From positions 1-50,083 of the forward strand of contig CABZYC010000003.1 of assembly GCA_902529885.1 (NCBI GenBank): a DNA stretch of 50,083 nt, written 5' to 3'. A program made the translations under genes and the position numbers. Position 1 is the first letter of the stretch, and each line of letters starts with the position of its first letter. The DNA comes from an uncultured Candidatus Woesearchaeota archaeon. GTDB taxonomy: Archaea > Nanobdellota > Nanobdellia > Woesearchaeales > GW2011-AR9. Below, one piece after another: positions 46,660 to 50,083 of this stretch. The notes under the pieces were generated by a model. The model saw only the letters and a list, made by a program, of their open reading frames with translations. It was not told the origin of the DNA and searched no databases.

Positions 46660-46801
46660 AATAGATCTTATACCGTTTTATTTATATGTTTATAGGAACA
46701 TAAACTCATTACACACCAAAAAATACACAAGACCATAAGAGAATATATACGAACACCCTATCAAAACCATAAAAACTTCTCGTAAATCTGAATTTTAGAT
46801 A

Positions 46802-48289
46802 TTAATTTCTAGAGTATACAACCTCCAAATCACCCCGGGTAATTAATTTACACAAAGCAATCATTACTAAATAAAGAAATAGGCTGAATATAAATGTTAG
46901 AATCAAACTTGTCAAACCTGAAATTGGTATCAAAGACTTAGATATGAAAGTCAAGTATAAAGCATATAATATGTTACAAAATATGATCTTTGTGAAAAGA
47001 CCATAATCTATTGATAAAACAGTCAATTTTGTACAGATTAATACGAATGCAACAAAAACCATCAGTGCATAACTAATCAGTGTTGCAAATGCAGCTCCGT
47101 TAAGACCAATGATATTGATAAGCGTGTAATTAAAAATTATATTTATTATCCCACCAAAGATAATTATTTTATTGTTTATTTCGGGTAAATTAAAACTATT
47201 AAATAATATTGTTAATAGTCCAAATACAGTGGAAATAATTGAACTAACTGCTAATATCTTCAATGCACTACTCGCACCAATATATTCCAACGGAAATAGA
47301 AATCTCAATATACTATTGGAATGTATACACATGAAAATGCTGACAGGTATGATCGTAATGAGTAAATATTTAAAAACTAGATTCACGTATAAGTTCATAG
47401 ATTGTATCTTTTTTTGGTTATATAACTCAAGAATAACAGGCATTAAAACTACAGTAAAACATGATAAAAAGAAGGTTGGTAATTTAGCTATGGGAACAGC
47501 AATATTATACAAACCTACCGTTTCAAAATTAGTTAATATCGTAAGCATATAGGTGTCCATATAATTTAATATGTAAGTACTGGCTAGAAAAAGAACATTA
47601 GCATTAGCAAATTTAATTACCTTTGGAATATAATTTGTGTTAGAACTTTTTTGGGAAGTATTATTGGCAAAAAATCTCTTGTAAATATACCAACTAAACA
47701 CAGGGAATAGCAATAAATGCGATAAGAATAAACCGATTACAGGAGATAACATACCTAACCCTAATTTAAAACAAATCAGTGTAAACACGAGCAAGAATAT
47801 GTTTCTTGTAAGGTCATACAAAGAATAAATTTTTAGTTGTTTCAAAACACGAGTTATTATCAAGATAAATTGAAAGAAAACCTCGTAAAGAGCATAAAAA
47901 ATCGCTAGAGAGATTAAAATAAAAGCACCACCAGAGGATTTCAGATAATACTGTTCAATTATTGATGAACAAGATATAACTATTATTAAAAATAGCGCTG
48001 CTGTTTTAAACTTAAAACTAAAATAGTAACGAAGTAAGTCTAGTAAACCAGTATTATCCCGTTTAGTCATGCAAAGAGATGCAAAGCGTACAAATGCCTC
48101 ATTTCTGCCAAAAGGAATGAATGTAATTGCAAAAAGAATTAAAGAAACAACACTATAATACAAACCATAATCAGCAACACTTAGATTTATGGCCATTAGA
48201 TACCTAAATAGATAAGCCGATATACTGATTAGTATACTAGTTATAATCATCCATTTTGTACCATTGATTATATCTTGCTTTAATCCCAT
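46802..48289 (-). CDS. Wzx/MOP-family oligosaccharide flippase
   Basis: L...DYGLY, D..ML.....VGLY..A, N..LI...G..GAA.AT; about 14 TM segments. Confidence 0.92.
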   Translation of the reverse strand: MGLKQDIINGTKWMIITSILISISAYLFRYLMAINLSVADYGLYYSVVSLILFAITFIPFGRNEAFVRFASLCMTKRDNTGLLDLLRYYFSFKFKTAALFLIIVISCSSIIEQYYLKSSGGAFILISLAIFYALYEVFFQFILIITRVLKQLKIYSLYDLTRNIFLLVFTLICFKLGLGMLSPVIGLFLSHLLLFPVFSWYIYKRFFANNTSQKSSNTNYIPKVIKFANANVLFLASTYILNYMDTYMLTILTNFETVGLYNIAVPIAKLPTFFLSCFTVVLMPVILELYNQKKIQSMNLYVNLVFKYLLITIIPVSIFMCIHSNSILRFLFPLEYIGASSALKILAVSSIISTVFGLLTILFNSFNLPEINNKIIIFGGIINIIFNYTLINIIGLNGAAFATLISYALMVFVAFVLICTKLTVLSIDYGLFTKIIFCNILYALYLTFISKSLIPISGLTSLILTFIFSLFLYLVMIALCKLITRGDLEVVYSRN

Positions 48290-49362
48290 GTTGCTACCTT
48301 ACTTAGTATTTCGTGTACTTGTACATTTTTAATAGCGTCATTTCTTGTACAAATTTTTGCATTACAATGAGTACATCTTTGTTCTGAATTGATCAGAATA
48401 GAGCTATTACCGTATGGAGACATAACATTTAGATCAGTGGTTGAACTGTAAATAACTATACTTGGTATTCTGAATGCCGAAGCAACGTGACTAGACATAG
48501 ACTCCAGACAGATTACCTTCCCACATTCAGGGATCAAAGCAAAATATTCTCTCAGACTGACTTTACCAGCCATGTTTATGGCATTGGTACCCTTACAGAC
48601 TATAGTGGATCTTTTAATATCATTATCAAAAACTAATACACAATAACTTTGTTGCAATTCCTTAATCAATTTATTGAAATTATGTAATGGCCATTGTCTT
48701 TTTTGATCGGTCGTTCCAGGATTAATGCCCATAATGGGTTTTGACATATTTAGTGAAGTAATAAGCTGTTTTGCCTGACTTTTTTCTGTTTCAGATAAAA
48801 ATATTTGTGGTGACGATATCTTATTACAACCTAGTAAATTCAAATTTTGTAGAATCATGTGTTGCGAATGATCACACACAATATGTTCTGATAGCAAAAA
48901 ACCTAAGCCCCGATACCTATAACCAATTGAATATCGACCTAATAAACAAGCCAACAAAATGTTTCTTGGTTCCGTATGTAAATCATACACAAGATCGTAC
49001 TTCCTAAAATTTTGCAGTGTGAACCTTAACACATTAAAATATCCACAGGAATCGTTCTTATGTAACCAAGGAGTGTTCAAACAAATGACTTCATCTACAT
49101 TAGGATTATTTTGTAAAACGCTGGATGAGGATGACCTACATAACACTGTTATTTTAGAGTCAGGGTATCTCTTTTTAGCTTCAAAGAAAAAGGGAGTAGC
49201 CAGTACCATATCCCCAATATAGTCATTTTTCAAAATAAGAATGTTATTAATCGATTTTGGTTTCTTAATTAGAAAGCGAAATGGACGGAATATGATACTG
49301 CACATTAAGTCAAAGCAGAATAAAAAAGGTACGTAAATCTTGTTTACCTTATACTTTATCAT
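48280..49362 (-). CDS. GT9 glycosyltransferase (heptosyltransferase-like)
   Basis: YIGDMVLATP, NPNVDEVI, INPG....RQWP, N.AGK.SL, ES..SHVASA. Confidence 0.9.
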   Translation of the reverse strand: MIKYKVNKIYVPFLFCFDLMCSIIFRPFRFLIKKPKSINNILILKNDYIGDMVLATPFFFEAKKRYPDSKITVLCRSSSSSVLQNNPNVDEVICLNTPWLHKNDSCGYFNVLRFTLQNFRKYDLVYDLHTEPRNILLACLLGRYSIGYRYRGLGFLLSEHIVCDHSQHMILQNLNLLGCNKISSPQIFLSETEKSQAKQLITSLNMSKPIMGINPGTTDQKRQWPLHNFNKLIKELQQSYCVLVFDNDIKRSTIVCKGTNAINMAGKVSLREYFALIPECGKVICLESMSSHVASAFRIPSIVIYSSTTDLNVMSPYGNSSILINSEQRCTHCNAKICTRNDAIKNVQVHEILSKVATWD

Positions 49363-50075
49363 TTATAAAAAACACCTAAAATATTAATGGAGAATGGACC
49401 ATCATCACCACCGAATCGCATCTGGACAAAAGACTTAATATTTTCTAAGTATGCAAAAATAAAGAATATAGTAGAACCAATTAAAGTTTTAAACGAAGTC
49501 GTGTTAATCATGGGATATTTAATAGGTAGTACCTCACACTTGCTGTACGAAGAAAAAAGCTGCTTCAAACTTTCAGTGCAAAATGGTGTGTTATGGGTTA
49601 AGTCAGACATATATTTTTTTAAACCCATACTATTCAGGACATTTGGAACTTCAATTAAACAAAAGCCACCTTCATTCAATGTATCATACATCTGTTCAAC
49701 TAATACATAACATTGGTCCTTTGGCATATGTTCAAGTACATGTTTCATTACAATTACATCGAATTTTTTAGTATTTTCTTTCAAAAACGATGCAATCTCA
49801 TCTTGTATAATTACGATATCATTCATATCCGCTACAGATTGGATACAATCTTTGTCTAAATCTACCCCAGTAATATCTGTGCACCCTGAAGCTTGAAGAT
49901 ACCTCAATAAATTACCATTACTGCCGAATCCTAATTCCAAAATAGATAAATCTTTATCAAGGAAAAAACGCGCATAATTTCTTCTTATAAACTTCTGATT
50001 ATGAGCAAAATGATAGTTGCTAGCGCCTCTTATATTATGATTCCCTGACTGAATCAATTTAAGGTTTTTATTCAT
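49359..50075 (-). CDS. Class I SAM-dependent methyltransferase
   Basis: ILELGFG, GVD, HVLEH, IEVPN, DLTH. Confidence 0.9.
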   Translation of the reverse strand: MNKNLKLIQSGNHNIRGASNYHFAHNQKFIRRNYARFFLDKDLSILELGFGSNGNLLRYLQASGCTDITGVDLDKDCIQSVADMNDIVIIQDEIASFLKENTKKFDVIVMKHVLEHMPKDQCYVLVEQMYDTLNEGGFCLIEVPNVLNSMGLKKYMSDLTHNTPFCTESLKQLFSSYSKCEVLPIKYPMINTTSFKTLIGSTIFFIFAYLENIKSFVQMRFGGDDGPFSINILGVFYK

Positions 50076-50083
50076 GTTTCTCT

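Noticed and set aside
46660-46801. 33-aa minus-strand ORF between flippase and methyltransferase
   Set aside because: Short, no SD or coupling, overlaps a likely promoter.
1714-49771. Numerous 60-145 aa antisense or nested ORFs in the track
   Set aside because: They lie within well-supported genes and show no motifs; treated as shadow ORFs.

Overview
Archaeal chromosomal segment. TATA boxes about 22-25 nt upstream of start codons, rpl35ae, PolB, HerA, AglB, an S-layer protein and a stand-alone 5S rRNA suggest a DPANN archaeon, probably Woesearchaeota-like (inference). Layout: (1) 1-15.2 kb replication/repair and conserved genes: Rad50, PolB, two degenerate HIT paralogs, RNase HIII next to RNase HII, a wHTH/7TM pair, a TIM-barrel protein with a large insert, MFS, tRNA-Val, HerA, L35Ae. 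(2) 16.3-25.7 kb an eight-gene, translationally coupled operon of unknown membrane proteins. It appears to encode one 5-TM module both as a fused protein and as split parts (3-TM core, TM plus variable Cys-rich ectodomain, TM plus variable cytoplasmic domain) in two paralogous sets. This is the best candidate for an undescribed system. (3) 25.8-30.7 kb AI-2E transporter, presenilin-type protease, tRNA-His followed by hisS, map. (4) 30.7-50 kb surface-glycan region: GtrA, eukaryote-type PMM, GmhA, 5S rRNA, nucleotidyltransferase, GT2, AglB, S-layer gene with a structured 5' leader, half-helicase, HemK-kinase fusion, GalE, NTase, NPP-type enzyme, GT4, GT9, flippase and methyltransferases. I saw no CRISPR array, integrase or transposase. 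All calls come from motif reading by eye; no searches were run.
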